From NCBI GenBank assembly GCA_020057295.1, contig JAGVGF010000006.1, positions 128,001 through 192,000 on the forward strand: a DNA stretch of 64,000 nt. Reading direction: 5' to 3'. The notes under the pieces are model-generated. The model was not told the origin of the DNA and did not search any database. It saw only the letters and a program-made list of their open reading frames with translations. The position numbers and the translations under genes were made by a program. Within the stretch, counting starts at the first letter, position 1. Each line of letters starts with the position of its first letter. Below are positions 18,831 to 28,791 of this stretch, piece after piece. Source of the DNA: an archaeon. Lineage in GTDB: Archaea > Nanobdellota > Nanobdellia > Woesearchaeales > UBA9642.

Positions 18831-19154
18831 ATGCATGAAACAGTATTTGCTAAAAAAATTATTGATGAGGCATCAAAGCAAGGCAATGTCAAGGCCATAA
18901 CGCTTGAAATTGGTGAGTTGGCTCCAGTTCCAGCCAATGAATTGGTGGAATGTTTAGAACAATTAGTCGAATGGGATATACAATACACTGAAACTCTTAG
19001 CAAAATAAAATGCGAATGCGGATTTATAGGACATCCAACTATCGTAGAGAGAGGTCATGATTATTTTTTTATTGAATGTCCAAAATGTAAAGAGATACCT
19101 GAAGTGTTAGAAGGACAAGAGATAAAAATTGTTAGTGTATTCGTACAACAATAA
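18831..19154 (+). CDS. hypA: Hydrogenase nickel chaperone HypA
   Basis: N-terminal MHE, CECG and CPKC Zn ligands. Confidence 0.92.
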   Translation: MHETVFAKKIIDEASKQGNVKAITLEIGELAPVPANELVECLEQLVEWDIQYTETLSKIKCECGFIGHPTIVERGHDYFFIECPKCKEIPEVLEGQEIKIVSVFVQQ

Positions 19155-19193
19155 AAGTGTAAAAATAATATTATAATAACATAAGGTGCCTAT

Positions 19194-19415
19194 ATGTGTT
19201 TAGCCGTTCCAGGAAAAATAATTGAAATAAAAGAAGATAAGGCAACTGTAGATTTTTCTGGTGTTAAGAGATCTGTTGATATTTCTCTATTAGCGAATTG
19301 TGTAATAGGAGAATATGTTCTAGTTCACGTTGGTTTTGCAATACAAAAACTTGACGAAAAAATCGCTAGAGAAACATATAGGCTGCTTGATGAAATGGAC
19401 AAAGTGGAATTATAA
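19194..19415 (+). CDS. hypC: Hydrogenase chaperone HypC
   Basis: MCLAVPG, YVLVHVGFAI. Confidence 0.96.
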   Translation: MCLAVPGKIIEIKEDKATVDFSGVKRSVDISLLANCVIGEYVLVHVGFAIQKLDEKIARETYRLLDEMDKVEL

Positions 19416-19456
19416 GTTAGTATATGAACTATAATTTAACAACGAGATGATTTTTA

Positions 19457-20467
19457 ATGGAATATGTTGATAAAATCCGTGAAATAGCAAAAGATATGGG
19501 CGAAGTCCGCATCATGGAAGTTTGCGGAGGACACACTAATACTATAATGAAATACGGTATTAGAGATATTCTACCATCTAACATTAAACTTATTTCTGGA
19601 CCAGGATGTCCTGTTTGTGTAACTTCGCAATATGATATAGATTGCATGATTGAACTCGCATTAAATGGTGTAAAAGTATCAACGTATGGAGATATGATTA
19701 ATGTTCCAGGCACAAAGATGAGTTTAAGAGATGCACAAGCAAAAGGTGCTGATATTAAAACAATATATTCCATAGATCAAATATTAAAAGAACCAGACAG
19801 AGTTTTTTTCGCAGTAGGATTTGAAACAACAACTCCGATGACTGCAAAATTATTAAATCATAATATAAAAGTTTTTTCTGCACACAAACTTATTCCTCCT
19901 GCAATGAGGGTCCTAATTAGCGAGATGCATATTGACGGGTTTATCGATCCTGGACATGTGTCAACTATAATTGGTAGCGATATATGGAATGAATTAAATA
20001 TTCCTGTTCCGCAAGTTATTGCTGGATTTAAACCAGAATCATTAGTTAAATCAATTTATGTGCTTTTAGAACTAATTAAGAATAAAGAAGTTAAAATAAT
20101 TAATGAATATCCTGAAGTAGTTTTACCTCAAGGAAATATGATTGCAAGAAAATTAATAGATAAAAATATGAAATCTTATGATGCTGATTGGAGAGGTATC
20201 GGAATAATAAAAGATTCTGGACTAATACCTAGAAATCCTGAGTTAGATGCTAGAATCATATACAAAGATATGCTTAAAAAAGTAGTTACTAAAGAAAATA
20301 TCGAATGTAGATGCGGAGAAATTGTTCGCGGATTACTAGAGCCGAAGCAATGTAAATTATTCGGGAAAAAATGTACTCCTGATAATCCATTAGGAGCATG
20401 TATGGTTAGTGAGTCAGAAGGCGCATGTGCTATAGCTTACAAGTATGGTAGGAGTTTATCAGAATGA
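19457..20467 (+). CDS. hypD: Hydrogenase maturation protein HypD
   Basis: MEVCGGHT, GPGCPVC, GFETT, PGHVS, GACMVS. Confidence 0.97.
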   Translation: MEYVDKIREIAKDMGEVRIMEVCGGHTNTIMKYGIRDILPSNIKLISGPGCPVCVTSQYDIDCMIELALNGVKVSTYGDMINVPGTKMSLRDAQAKGADIKTIYSIDQILKEPDRVFFAVGFETTTPMTAKLLNHNIKVFSAHKLIPPAMRVLISEMHIDGFIDPGHVSTIIGSDIWNELNIPVPQVIAGFKPESLVKSIYVLLELIKNKEVKIINEYPEVVLPQGNMIARKLIDKNMKSYDADWRGIGIIKDSGLIPRNPELDARIIYKDMLKKVVTKENIECRCGEIVRGLLEPKQCKLFGKKCTPDNPLGACMVSESEGACAIAYKYGRSLSE

Positions 20468-21519
20468 GCTTATTAGACAAAAATAATAATGATAAAAATG
20501 CTGATAATAATTGTCCAACAGGAACTTGTCCGCCAATAAAAGAATCGGATGAACACATTATAAAACTAAGCGAAGGAAGTGGCGGAAAAGAGATGCATAG
20601 ATTAATATCTGAAATTAGAAAAAGATTAGATGTTAAAACTGAATGGACTAATTCGGATGATGATTCTGCTGTTACAAAAATAGGCGATAAATATTTTTTC
20701 TTCACGACTGACTCTTATATAGTCACCCCGATATTTTTTCCTGGAGGAGATATTGGAAAGATATCTTTTTGTGGAACAGTTAATGATTTAGTTGTTCAAG
20801 GTGCAAAACCTTTAGGGATTTCATTGAGTATTGTTCTAGAGGAAGGTTTTAAGAAAAATGATCTCTTTAAGATAATAGATTCTATTAACGAAATGTCAAA
20901 AATGACTAACATACCTATTGTGACAGGCGATACTAAGGTAATGGAAAATAAATCTGTTGATGGAATAATAATAAATACGAGTGGAATAGGTATAGGAGAT
21001 TTCGTATTAGATAAAAAATTAGAGGAAACTGATGTGATAATTGTTTCTGGAGGAATCGGAGAACACGGGGCAGCATTACTTGCGAAGAGATTTGAAATAG
21101 AAACAGAATTAATAACTGATAGTAAACCTCTTGTTGATGAATTGCATTCAGTAAATACATTGATTAAACAAGCAAAAGATATTACAAGAGGCGGATTAGC
21201 TTCAGTGCTTAACGAAATTGCATCAAAAAATGAAGTTCAATTTCACATTATAGAAGAAAATGTTCCTCTGCTTCAAGAAGTTAGAGCATTAACAAACGTA
21301 TTGGGAATAGATGCATATAATATTGCATGTGAAGGAAGATTTGTTTGCATATCTAGTAAGCAAAACGCTGCTACTGTTCTATCTAAATTAAAAAAATTTA
21401 ATGCACTGAGCGCAGTAATAGGAGAAGTTAAAAATGGTAAAGGAGTTATAGTACAAACACGTTTTGGAACAAAAGTATTAAGTACACCTTCCGGAAGTAT
21501 AGTTCCAAGAATTTGTTAA
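20464..21519 (+). CDS. hypE: Carbamoyl dehydratase HypE
   Basis: TTDSY, FPGGDIG, TGDTKV, C-terminal PRIC. Confidence 0.96.
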   Translation: MSLLDKNNNDKNADNNCPTGTCPPIKESDEHIIKLSEGSGGKEMHRLISEIRKRLDVKTEWTNSDDDSAVTKIGDKYFFFTTDSYIVTPIFFPGGDIGKISFCGTVNDLVVQGAKPLGISLSIVLEEGFKKNDLFKIIDSINEMSKMTNIPIVTGDTKVMENKSVDGIIINTSGIGIGDFVLDKKLEETDVIIVSGGIGEHGAALLAKRFEIETELITDSKPLVDELHSVNTLIKQAKDITRGGLASVLNEIASKNEVQFHIIEENVPLLQEVRALTNVLGIDAYNIACEGRFVCISSKQNAATVLSKLKKFNALSAVIGEVKNGKGVIVQTRFGTKVLSTPSGSIVPRIC

Positions 21520-21562
21520 ATCTTTATTAATAATTATTTGATTTTCAATTACTATACAATTT

Positions 21563-23713
21563 TTAGTTATCGTGTGATAAATAATAACTTATCTGTCCAA
21601 AACTTATTCCCCCATCTCCAGAAGGAACTTTAGTGTTTATGAATACATTTCTTTCTATCATAAATTTAGTAATAATATTATTGTAAGCACATCCGCCACT
21701 AAATATTATACTTTTAGAATATTTACTAGCTATAGCGTACATACCTTGAGCAATATAATGCTGCACCGTGGCTGCAAGTCTAGATTTATCTTTATGTATA
21801 TTTTCTACTAAATATTTGAATAGCGGAGTAGTCATGAGAATATCATTTTCAATTACCGGTTCAAAATCATATGGTTCTGAAGAATGAGCTTCTAATACCA
21901 TAGCAGGTCTACCATCATATGTTCTGCTATTACATAAATCTAACAACGATGCAGCAGCATCGAGTATTCTTCCACAACTAGTAGTTATAGGACAATTAAA
22001 TTTCTCAGCAAATTGTTTATGCATTATTTGCAATTCTTTTGCAGTGTGATATTTTAACAAAAGTGTTTCTATTTCCGAATCATCTAAAAATTTCTTCAGT
22101 ATACTGAATAACATTTTAGAAGGAGTAATTGTTGCGCTATCTCCGCCTAATTGATATTGCTCCTCAAGATGCCCTACACGCTTATTATTATGAAATATTT
22201 CTCCACCCCAAATATTTCCATCATCTCCATATCCTAATCCATCACATATTATCGCTGCAAAATCTGTAAGTCCATACTCTGCAGCTACGGAGTATGCATG
22301 TGCTTTGTGATGTTGAATCTTTACTAAGGGAATGTTTATTTTTTTTGAAAGTTCAAAAGCGTATTTGTTTGTATTATATTCTGGATGTGCATCACATAAA
22401 ATAACATCTGGAATTGTATGCGTAAATTTCAAGAATTTATCTAGAGCAGTTTTATAATTATTTAACGTATCATTATTGGATGTGTTTCCTATGTATTGAG
22501 AAAGTGTTACACTTTCATTATTATATATTGCAAAAGTGTTATTTAGTTCTGCTCCCATAGATAATATTTTTATATTTTTTTTATCTTTAATAACTATATT
22601 TTCATTCAAAGTTATACTGCCTGGCACATATCCTCTGCTTCTTCTCAAAAATAAGGGTTTAGAGTTTATTACTTTAATCACCGAATCATCAATAGGGTTT
22701 TCTATAATCCTATCATGTGTAAGTATATTTTCTGTAAGTTGTTTTGAGTCGTCTATTGTTATAGGTTGATCAGGATAATTTGATGACGTCATAACTAATG
22801 GTTCATCTATATAATCAAATAAGAGATAATGTAAAGCAGTATAAGGTAACATCACACCTATTGTATCTAGTTCCGTGACGTCAGGATAAGATTTTTTACT
22901 TTTCAAAACAACTATAGGTCGTTGTTCAGATAGTAATAGTTCTCTCTCGATATTATTTAATTGTGCAATATCCTCAACCATAGAGATATCTTTACACATT
23001 ACAGCGTAAGGTTTATTTGATCTACCTGTTATATCTCTTAATTTTTTTACAGCTTCAGGAACAGTTCTACATACAAGATGAAATCCTCCTATTCCTTTTA
23101 CTGCAACAACAGCGTTATCTTTTAACAATTTTGAAGTTTTGAAAACAACTTCTTCTGTTTGTGTTGTGTCTTTCTGTTTCAAAAACAATTTTGGTCCGCA
23201 TTCATGGCATGCAATTGTTTGAGCATGATATCTTCTGTTTTTAGGATTAGTATATTCTTCTTTGCATTTATCGCACATTTCATATTCTTGCATCGAGGTA
23301 TTTATTCTGTCATAAGGATTTTTGTTTGTGATTGAAAATCTCGGGCCACAATTTGTACATGTTATAAAGAAATATTTGTATCTTCGATTATCTTTATCGT
23401 TCAACTCTTTCAAGCAATCTTTACACATGTATATATCTGCAGGTATTTCCGAGTATCCTTCTCCTGAACTTTCTAAGATTTTGAAATCAGAAAATTTTTG
23501 GTCATCAAAAGTCACAGAGTAACTATCTATTCTAGCTTGTGGTGGTATTTGCGATAATATTTGTAGAAACTTTTCTTTATCATCTACATCCACAACAACT
23601 CCCGTGCCTATATTTTTTACATAACCAGTGATATTTTGTCTAATACAAGAATTATATATAAATGGTCTGAATCCGACGCCTTGAACAATTCCTCTTATAT
23701 AAAATTTATACAT
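21563..23713 (-). CDS. hypF: Carbamoyltransferase HypF
   Basis: GIVQGVGFRP, zinc fingers CTNCGPR and CHECGP, QHHKAH, GDGGISFGQ. Confidence 0.97.
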   Translation of the reverse strand: MYKFYIRGIVQGVGFRPFIYNSCIRQNITGYVKNIGTGVVVDVDDKEKFLQILSQIPPQARIDSYSVTFDDQKFSDFKILESSGEGYSEIPADIYMCKDCLKELNDKDNRRYKYFFITCTNCGPRFSITNKNPYDRINTSMQEYEMCDKCKEEYTNPKNRRYHAQTIACHECGPKLFLKQKDTTQTEEVVFKTSKLLKDNAVVAVKGIGGFHLVCRTVPEAVKKLRDITGRSNKPYAVMCKDISMVEDIAQLNNIERELLLSEQRPIVVLKSKKSYPDVTELDTIGVMLPYTALHYLLFDYIDEPLVMTSSNYPDQPITIDDSKQLTENILTHDRIIENPIDDSVIKVINSKPLFLRRSRGYVPGSITLNENIVIKDKKNIKILSMGAELNNTFAIYNNESVTLSQYIGNTSNNDTLNNYKTALDKFLKFTHTIPDVILCDAHPEYNTNKYAFELSKKINIPLVKIQHHKAHAYSVAAEYGLTDFAAIICDGLGYGDDGNIWGGEIFHNNKRVGHLEEQYQLGGDSATITPSKMLFSILKKFLDDSEIETLLLKYHTAKELQIMHKQFAEKFNCPITTSCGRILDAAASLLDLCNSRTYDGRPAMVLEAHSSEPYDFEPVIENDILMTTPLFKYLVENIHKDKSRLAATVQHYIAQGMYAIASKYSKSIIFSGGCAYNNIITKFMIERNVFINTKVPSGDGGISFGQISYYLSHDN

Positions 23714-23747
23714 AAAAATCCATATATGTTTGTACTTAAATTGTTTG

Positions 23748-24281
23748 TTATTGATTACTGTTATTTAAATAAAATAATATCTTTTCTAAATATAGTTCCA
23801 ACAACTTTTTTTGTTCATTGGTTAAATCAACTATCAAGGTGCCCCAATGAATAGCTATATCAGAATCTATTACCGGATCTGATATTTTTATGTCATAAAC
23901 TACTGTACGAATATCTTCCTCTAAAGAGTATTTATTATTTGAATATGTAATTTTTACTGTTGATACTATTAAATGTAATTTATCTACTATTTCAAGTATT
24001 TTTGCTGGAAGTACTAAACAATTAAAATCGCGTTTATATTTTAGTACAGTATAATTATGATAAGGAAGATTTTTAATATCAAAATTTTCTAATAAATCAT
24101 TGCCAATCCAATAAGCCTCTACACATTGTTGATTAATAGAACCCTGGTGAGCAGAATTATATCTTTCTGAAATCGTATTTAGCGATGATGAAATTTCTTG
24201 TTCGTTAACGGTGTTTTTAGAAATTTGAAAATTATTGACTCCAAAAGTCATGAATTTTTTTGTTAATTCATCACTAGACAT
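23748..24281 (-). CDS. Hydrogenase-associated protein (DUF6390-like)
   Basis: VEAYWIGNDLL motif and HypC-like C-terminal IAIHWG; located in the hydrogenase operon. Confidence 0.6.
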   Translation of the reverse strand: MSSDELTKKFMTFGVNNFQISKNTVNEQEISSSLNTISERYNSAHQGSINQQCVEAYWIGNDLLENFDIKNLPYHNYTVLKYKRDFNCLVLPAKILEIVDKLHLIVSTVKITYSNNKYSLEEDIRTVVYDIKISDPVIDSDIAIHWGTLIVDLTNEQKKLLELYLEKILFYLNNSNQ

Positions 24282-24628
24282 TGTTCCACTTCCAAAGCAA
24301 TAATTTTAGAATCTCCAATCATCGGTATTCCGATTATTTTTATTGTTTTTTTCTCTCCTATAGATTCCATAAGTTTTAAGAAAAATCCTAAATCAAAATC
24401 GTGTAGACTTATAATATTTCTAGTTTTTAGTTGATTAACATCTGTTATTATAATTGTTTTTGTTATTCCTTTGACAACATCTAATATTACTATTTCCCCA
24501 TCTACATCTAGAAGATCTTCCGGACTTCTACAATGTACAAGTTCTACATTATGTAAATGATTAGAAACAATTCTAGCTAAACTATCTTCTTGTAAATATT
24601 CATTTCCAAAAACGTATAATTTTTTCAT
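24263..24628 (-). CDS. Minimal hydrogenase maturation protease (HycI/HybD-like)
   Basis: VFGNEYLQEDS, VILDVV, SLHDF, IIGIP; directly after the large subunit. Confidence 0.75.
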   Translation of the reverse strand: MKKLYVFGNEYLQEDSLARIVSNHLHNVELVHCRSPEDLLDVDGEIVILDVVKGITKTIIITDVNQLKTRNIISLHDFDLGFFLKLMESIGEKKTIKIIGIPMIGDSKIIALEVEQCLVMN

Positions 24629-24655
24629 CTATTTGTATAAACTAATGTATAATTA

Positions 24656-25987
24656 TTATTTTTCTTCCCAATTTACTTCTAAGAAGTGTGCACTACATGA
24701 GAAACATGGATCGTAGCTTCTAATTAATTTTTCTACATCCATAACAATATCTTCTTTAGTTTTAGAGTTTAATATTGCCGGCACAAGTGTTTTTATATCT
24801 TCCTGCATGTTTAGTAAATTTTGTGCTGTTGGAGTTATTATATTTGCATAAGTTATTACTCCTTTATCATCTAAAATATATTCGTGCCATAATGTTCCTC
24901 TTGGAACTTCTAGACATCCTACTCCTCGTCCTGCTTTTAGTGGAACTTTATCTACTGGCTCATTCTTTATTTTTAGTTCTTGACATATTTTTATTGCATG
25001 ATCTATACAGTGTACAATTTCTATTGCTTGCATAATATTATTATGGAATGGATTCTTCGAAGGTAATTTTATTCCTGACTGTTCAAGTAATTTTTTTGCA
25101 TCTGAACTTAATTGTGCATGATTATTATTGAATCTTGCAAGTGCTCCTACAAAATATCTATGATCACTCTTTACAACAAAATTTGCTGTGGATCTAGGTT
25201 CATGATACTCTTTGATGAAATCTTTATAATCTGTTCTCTTAAAACAACTTTTGGATGAGCAGAATTCTCCGCCAAATAATGCGTATTCATTATGATCTTT
25301 TAATGAAAACCATTCACCTTCAGTTTCTATATCTGGACATTTTAACGTAAAAAATAATTCACAAGTCTTTACAGCTTCTTCTTTTACATTTAACAACTCT
25401 GTTTTTAATTGTTCTAAATCTTCCTGTGTTGGTAATTTTAACCACCCACCCACTGTGGCTGATACTGGATGTAAATCTCTTCCAGATAAAATTCTTACAA
25501 TATTATTTCCTGCTTTTACTAAAGCTAAAGCTCGTTTTAATTCTGATTTATATTTTGGAGCCATCGCTAATGCTGATTCGTATCCTAGATAATCTGGTAA
25601 TGCTAAAAAATATAAATGCGTAGAATGACTTCTTATCCTTTCTCCTATTGTTAATAATTTTCTTAATTCTGTTGTTTGTTTTGATGGAGTGTATCCTAAT
25701 GCATCTTCTATTGCAGAAATTGCCGCTATTACATGTGCTGAACTGCATATTCCGCATATTCTTGAGGTTATTTCATGTGCTTCAAAATATTGTCTTCCTA
25801 GAACTAAACCTTCAAAATATCTTGATCCTTCTACTGATGATAATTCACATTTAGTAATTTTACCTTCTTTTATAGATAAATCTAATTTTGCGTGTCCTTC
25901 AATTTTTGTAATATGATTTAATGTGATTTCTTTGTTCGCATTGTCATTATTTTCTTTATTAACAAGATTATGCGATTCTTTACTCAT
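24656..25987 (-). CDS. hydA: Group 3b [NiFe] hydrogenase large (alpha) subunit
   Basis: TKIEGH, L1 SRICGICSSAH, EVPRG, L2 RSYDPCFSCSAH plus cleavable tail. Confidence 0.95.
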   Translation of the reverse strand: MSKESHNLVNKENNDNANKEITLNHITKIEGHAKLDLSIKEGKITKCELSSVEGSRYFEGLVLGRQYFEAHEITSRICGICSSAHVIAAISAIEDALGYTPSKQTTELRKLLTIGERIRSHSTHLYFLALPDYLGYESALAMAPKYKSELKRALALVKAGNNIVRILSGRDLHPVSATVGGWLKLPTQEDLEQLKTELLNVKEEAVKTCELFFTLKCPDIETEGEWFSLKDHNEYALFGGEFCSSKSCFKRTDYKDFIKEYHEPRSTANFVVKSDHRYFVGALARFNNNHAQLSSDAKKLLEQSGIKLPSKNPFHNNIMQAIEIVHCIDHAIKICQELKIKNEPVDKVPLKAGRGVGCLEVPRGTLWHEYILDDKGVITYANIITPTAQNLLNMQEDIKTLVPAILNSKTKEDIVMDVEKLIRSYDPCFSCSAHFLEVNWEEK

Positions 25988-26804
25988 TTTTTGCTCCGAC
26001 CTTTTCTTTTGTATGTTTTATTACCTCGTCTAACATAGGTAATTTTAATCCTGCAAATGTTCTCATTCTGTCCTGTATAAATTTATCGTCAAATCCTTTT
26101 TCTCTTAATATTTTTATCATTAATTCTAGATTCATATCTTTGCTTGGTCCGCGACATCCCCAACATTCTAAACCACCATTAATACATACACTATTGCATC
26201 CGCCTGCAGTTATTGGTCCAAGACAAGGTTTTCCAACATCAAGTAAACATTCGTTACCATTTTGTCTACATTCAACACAAACCGGACTGCTATAAGGGAT
26301 TGGAATTTTTCCTCGTAGTACTGATCTTATGAATGTTAATATCTCTTTTTTATTTGGAGGACATCCTGGAATGTAATGATCGACTTTAATATGCATATCT
26401 ACTGGTGTTGGTTGTACATCTTCTAAATCTTCAACTTTTTTGTATAGTAAATGTTCATAATTTTCTTTTAACGTAAAATTTCTATATGCAGGAATACATC
26501 CAGTACATGCACATGCCCCTAATGATACTACAAATGTTGCATTTTCTCTTAATCTTTTTACTTCTTCTAAATCTTCCTTTGACGCAACTAATCCTTCAAT
26601 AAATACGTAATCATATTTTTCTTCAACATTAACTTCTTTAATGAATGGAAACGCTTTCAAATCTATTAACTCTATTAAATCTAATATTTCATCTTCGTTA
26701 AATAAAACCGATAATAAACATCCTGCACATCCTGTTATCCCATAGAATGCTACTTTAGGTTTTATTTTCGGAGCGTTTTTTATTATTGTTTTTGCTTTTA
26801 CCAT
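25980..26804 (-). CDS. hydD: Group 3b hydrogenase small (delta) subunit
   Basis: GCAGC, GACA, IPGCPP, VCVEC, CLGPIT, CWGCRG. Confidence 0.93.
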   Translation of the reverse strand: MVKAKTIIKNAPKIKPKVAFYGITGCAGCLLSVLFNEDEILDLIELIDLKAFPFIKEVNVEEKYDYVFIEGLVASKEDLEEVKRLRENATFVVSLGACACTGCIPAYRNFTLKENYEHLLYKKVEDLEDVQPTPVDMHIKVDHYIPGCPPNKKEILTFIRSVLRGKIPIPYSSPVCVECRQNGNECLLDVGKPCLGPITAGGCNSVCINGGLECWGCRGPSKDMNLELMIKILREKGFDDKFIQDRMRTFAGLKLPMLDEVIKHTKEKVGAKNE

Positions 26805-26833
26805 TTTAATTTTATTTTTTTGATATTAATATT

Positions 26834-27700
26834 TCAATCATTCTTTAAATCTTTTATCTCATCATATCTGAATACAGGACCGTCGATACATGTAAATTTT
26901 CCTCGAATCATGCAATGACAACAAACTCCTAAAGCACAATACATTAATCTTTCAGCACTTATAAATATTTGATCATCATTGAATCCTTTCTGTTTTAGTA
27001 TTTCTATTACAAATTTCATCATTACAGGCGGACCGCATATAAATACTACTTTATTTTCATTATTCATATTTGATGCTTTTAATGCTTCTGTCACAAATCC
27101 TGTTTTTGCATCATAACAGAAATCGTGTTTCTCATTTTGATCTACTGTAACGCTAAGATTATATTGTTTTCTCCATTCCTCAATTTCTCTCGAAAATAAT
27201 ATATCTTTTGGAGATCTATATCCTAAAAATAAATGTACATCTTTGTAGTCTTCTCTATTTTTTTCTACATAATCTATTATTCCACGTAACGGTGCTACTC
27301 CACATCCCCCTCCTATGATTATTAGATTATTTCCTTTTAATAATTTCATAGGGTAGCCGTGCCCATATGGTCCTCTTACTAATAATGTATCTCCTTTTTT
27401 TATATTTGCAAGAGCTTTTGTTACATTTCCTACTTCTCTAATATTTAATCGTACATATTTATTTGAGTATGAGCATATTGATATTGGACTCTCTCCAATT
27501 CCTGGCAGTGTTACTTGAACAAATTGACCTGGATCATGCTCTATTTGCATATCTAAAGTTATTGTAAATGTATCTGGTGTTTCTCTAAAATATTCTAATA
27601 CTTTGTATGGTTTTGGAATGTACGGATTTTCCTTCTTCGCTAAATTCTTTTTTACTGAAGATTTTTTACTCGTTTTTTCCGTTGTCTCTTTTTCTTTCAT
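26834..27700 (-). CDS. hydG: Group 3b hydrogenase gamma subunit (FAD/NAD(P)-binding, 2Fe-2S)
   Basis: PGQF, RGPYGHGY, GGGCGVAPLR, ICGPPVM, MYCALGVCCHC...CIDGPVF. Confidence 0.93.
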   Translation of the reverse strand: MKEKETTEKTSKKSSVKKNLAKKENPYIPKPYKVLEYFRETPDTFTITLDMQIEHDPGQFVQVTLPGIGESPISICSYSNKYVRLNIREVGNVTKALANIKKGDTLLVRGPYGHGYPMKLLKGNNLIIIGGGCGVAPLRGIIDYVEKNREDYKDVHLFLGYRSPKDILFSREIEEWRKQYNLSVTVDQNEKHDFCYDAKTGFVTEALKASNMNNENKVVFICGPPVMMKFVIEILKQKGFNDDQIFISAERLMYCALGVCCHCMIRGKFTCIDGPVFRYDEIKDLKND

Positions 27701-28668
27701 TTCATCTCATTGATTATTTGAACAAAATCTATCCTTGTAGGACATCCTTGTATACATCGTCCGCATCCTACACACATATTTACACCATATCGCTCTTTGA
27801 AATATTCTAATTGATGATATATCCTGTGTTTGAATCTTTCCTCACGTTTTTGTCTAAACACATGTTCCCCTGCAACTCTACTAAAGTCTAAAACTTGACA
27901 TGAACTCCAATTTCTTACTCTTTTTCCTTCTTGTATATTACTAGTTTTTGTCTCATCATGTAGTTCAAAACAATAGCATGTTGGACAAAGATTTGTACAA
28001 GCAGCACATGATAAACATTGATTTACTCCTTTCTGCCAGTCTGGATGATCATATAATCCTTTAATATCATCTTTTAGTAATCTGTCTGCTCCTTTAATCT
28101 TTTTTTCTTCTTTTGTGATTGTGATATCTATATCCTCAAATAACGTTTTAAATTCTTTTATGAGTTCTTTACCTTTATCTGATCCTACTTCCACCAAGAA
28201 ATAATCTTTCTTATCATAGAACATTAAATCGTAATAATCTGCTAAATTTAGTGTTCCACAAAAACAATATTTTGATGGAGCTTCCCAGCAATGAAATCCT
28301 AACAAGTAACTGTTTTCTCTTGCTGCCATATAATATGGATCTTTAATTTGTTCCATGAATACTTTATCTTGATGTTTTACTGCATTAAGGTCACATCTTC
28401 TCAGGCCGAAGAATATTCTTTTTGGTGTTTCTAGCTTTGGTTCCTGAATTTTGTTATCTTTAAATGTAAATACTGTTTCATTCTTTTTAAAGAAAAACTC
28501 TTTGGCTGGAAAATAAGTATTTTTTTCTAGATAAATATCCTTAACTTGTTCCTCTTTTACTAACTCAAACTTTGCAAGTTTACCTTTTAATGGAGCTACC
28601 AATTGGTTCTTCCTTGCAAATCCTTCTAAGAATATATTTAACTCATCCCTCTTTATTCTATAAACCAT
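27697..28668 (-). CDS. hydB: Group 3b hydrogenase beta subunit (4Fe-4S)
   Basis: RRCD, CLSCAACTNLCPTCYC, CVGCGRCIQGCP. Confidence 0.93.
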   Translation of the reverse strand: MVYRIKRDELNIFLEGFARKNQLVAPLKGKLAKFELVKEEQVKDIYLEKNTYFPAKEFFFKKNETVFTFKDNKIQEPKLETPKRIFFGLRRCDLNAVKHQDKVFMEQIKDPYYMAARENSYLLGFHCWEAPSKYCFCGTLNLADYYDLMFYDKKDYFLVEVGSDKGKELIKEFKTLFEDIDITITKEEKKIKGADRLLKDDIKGLYDHPDWQKGVNQCLSCAACTNLCPTCYCFELHDETKTSNIQEGKRVRNWSSCQVLDFSRVAGEHVFRQKREERFKHRIYHQLEYFKERYGVNMCVGCGRCIQGCPTRIDFVQIINEMK

Positions 28669-28717
28669 AGCTCACCTAGTGTAATCTTAGATATTGAATT
28701 TATAAAGTTTGTTCAAA

Positions 28718-28762
28718 CCTCTAGAGGCATAAATCATAATATTAAATCATAATCTTTATATA
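28718..28762. promoter_or_regulatory. Hydrogenase/PDH divergent promoter with direct repeat and palindrome
   Basis: CCTCTAGAGG palindrome (28718-28727); TAAATCATAAT twice (28730-28740, 28743-28753) abutting TTTATATA. Confidence 0.5.
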
Positions 28763-28791
28763 TTCCAATCTCAAAATTATAGTGGAAAGAG

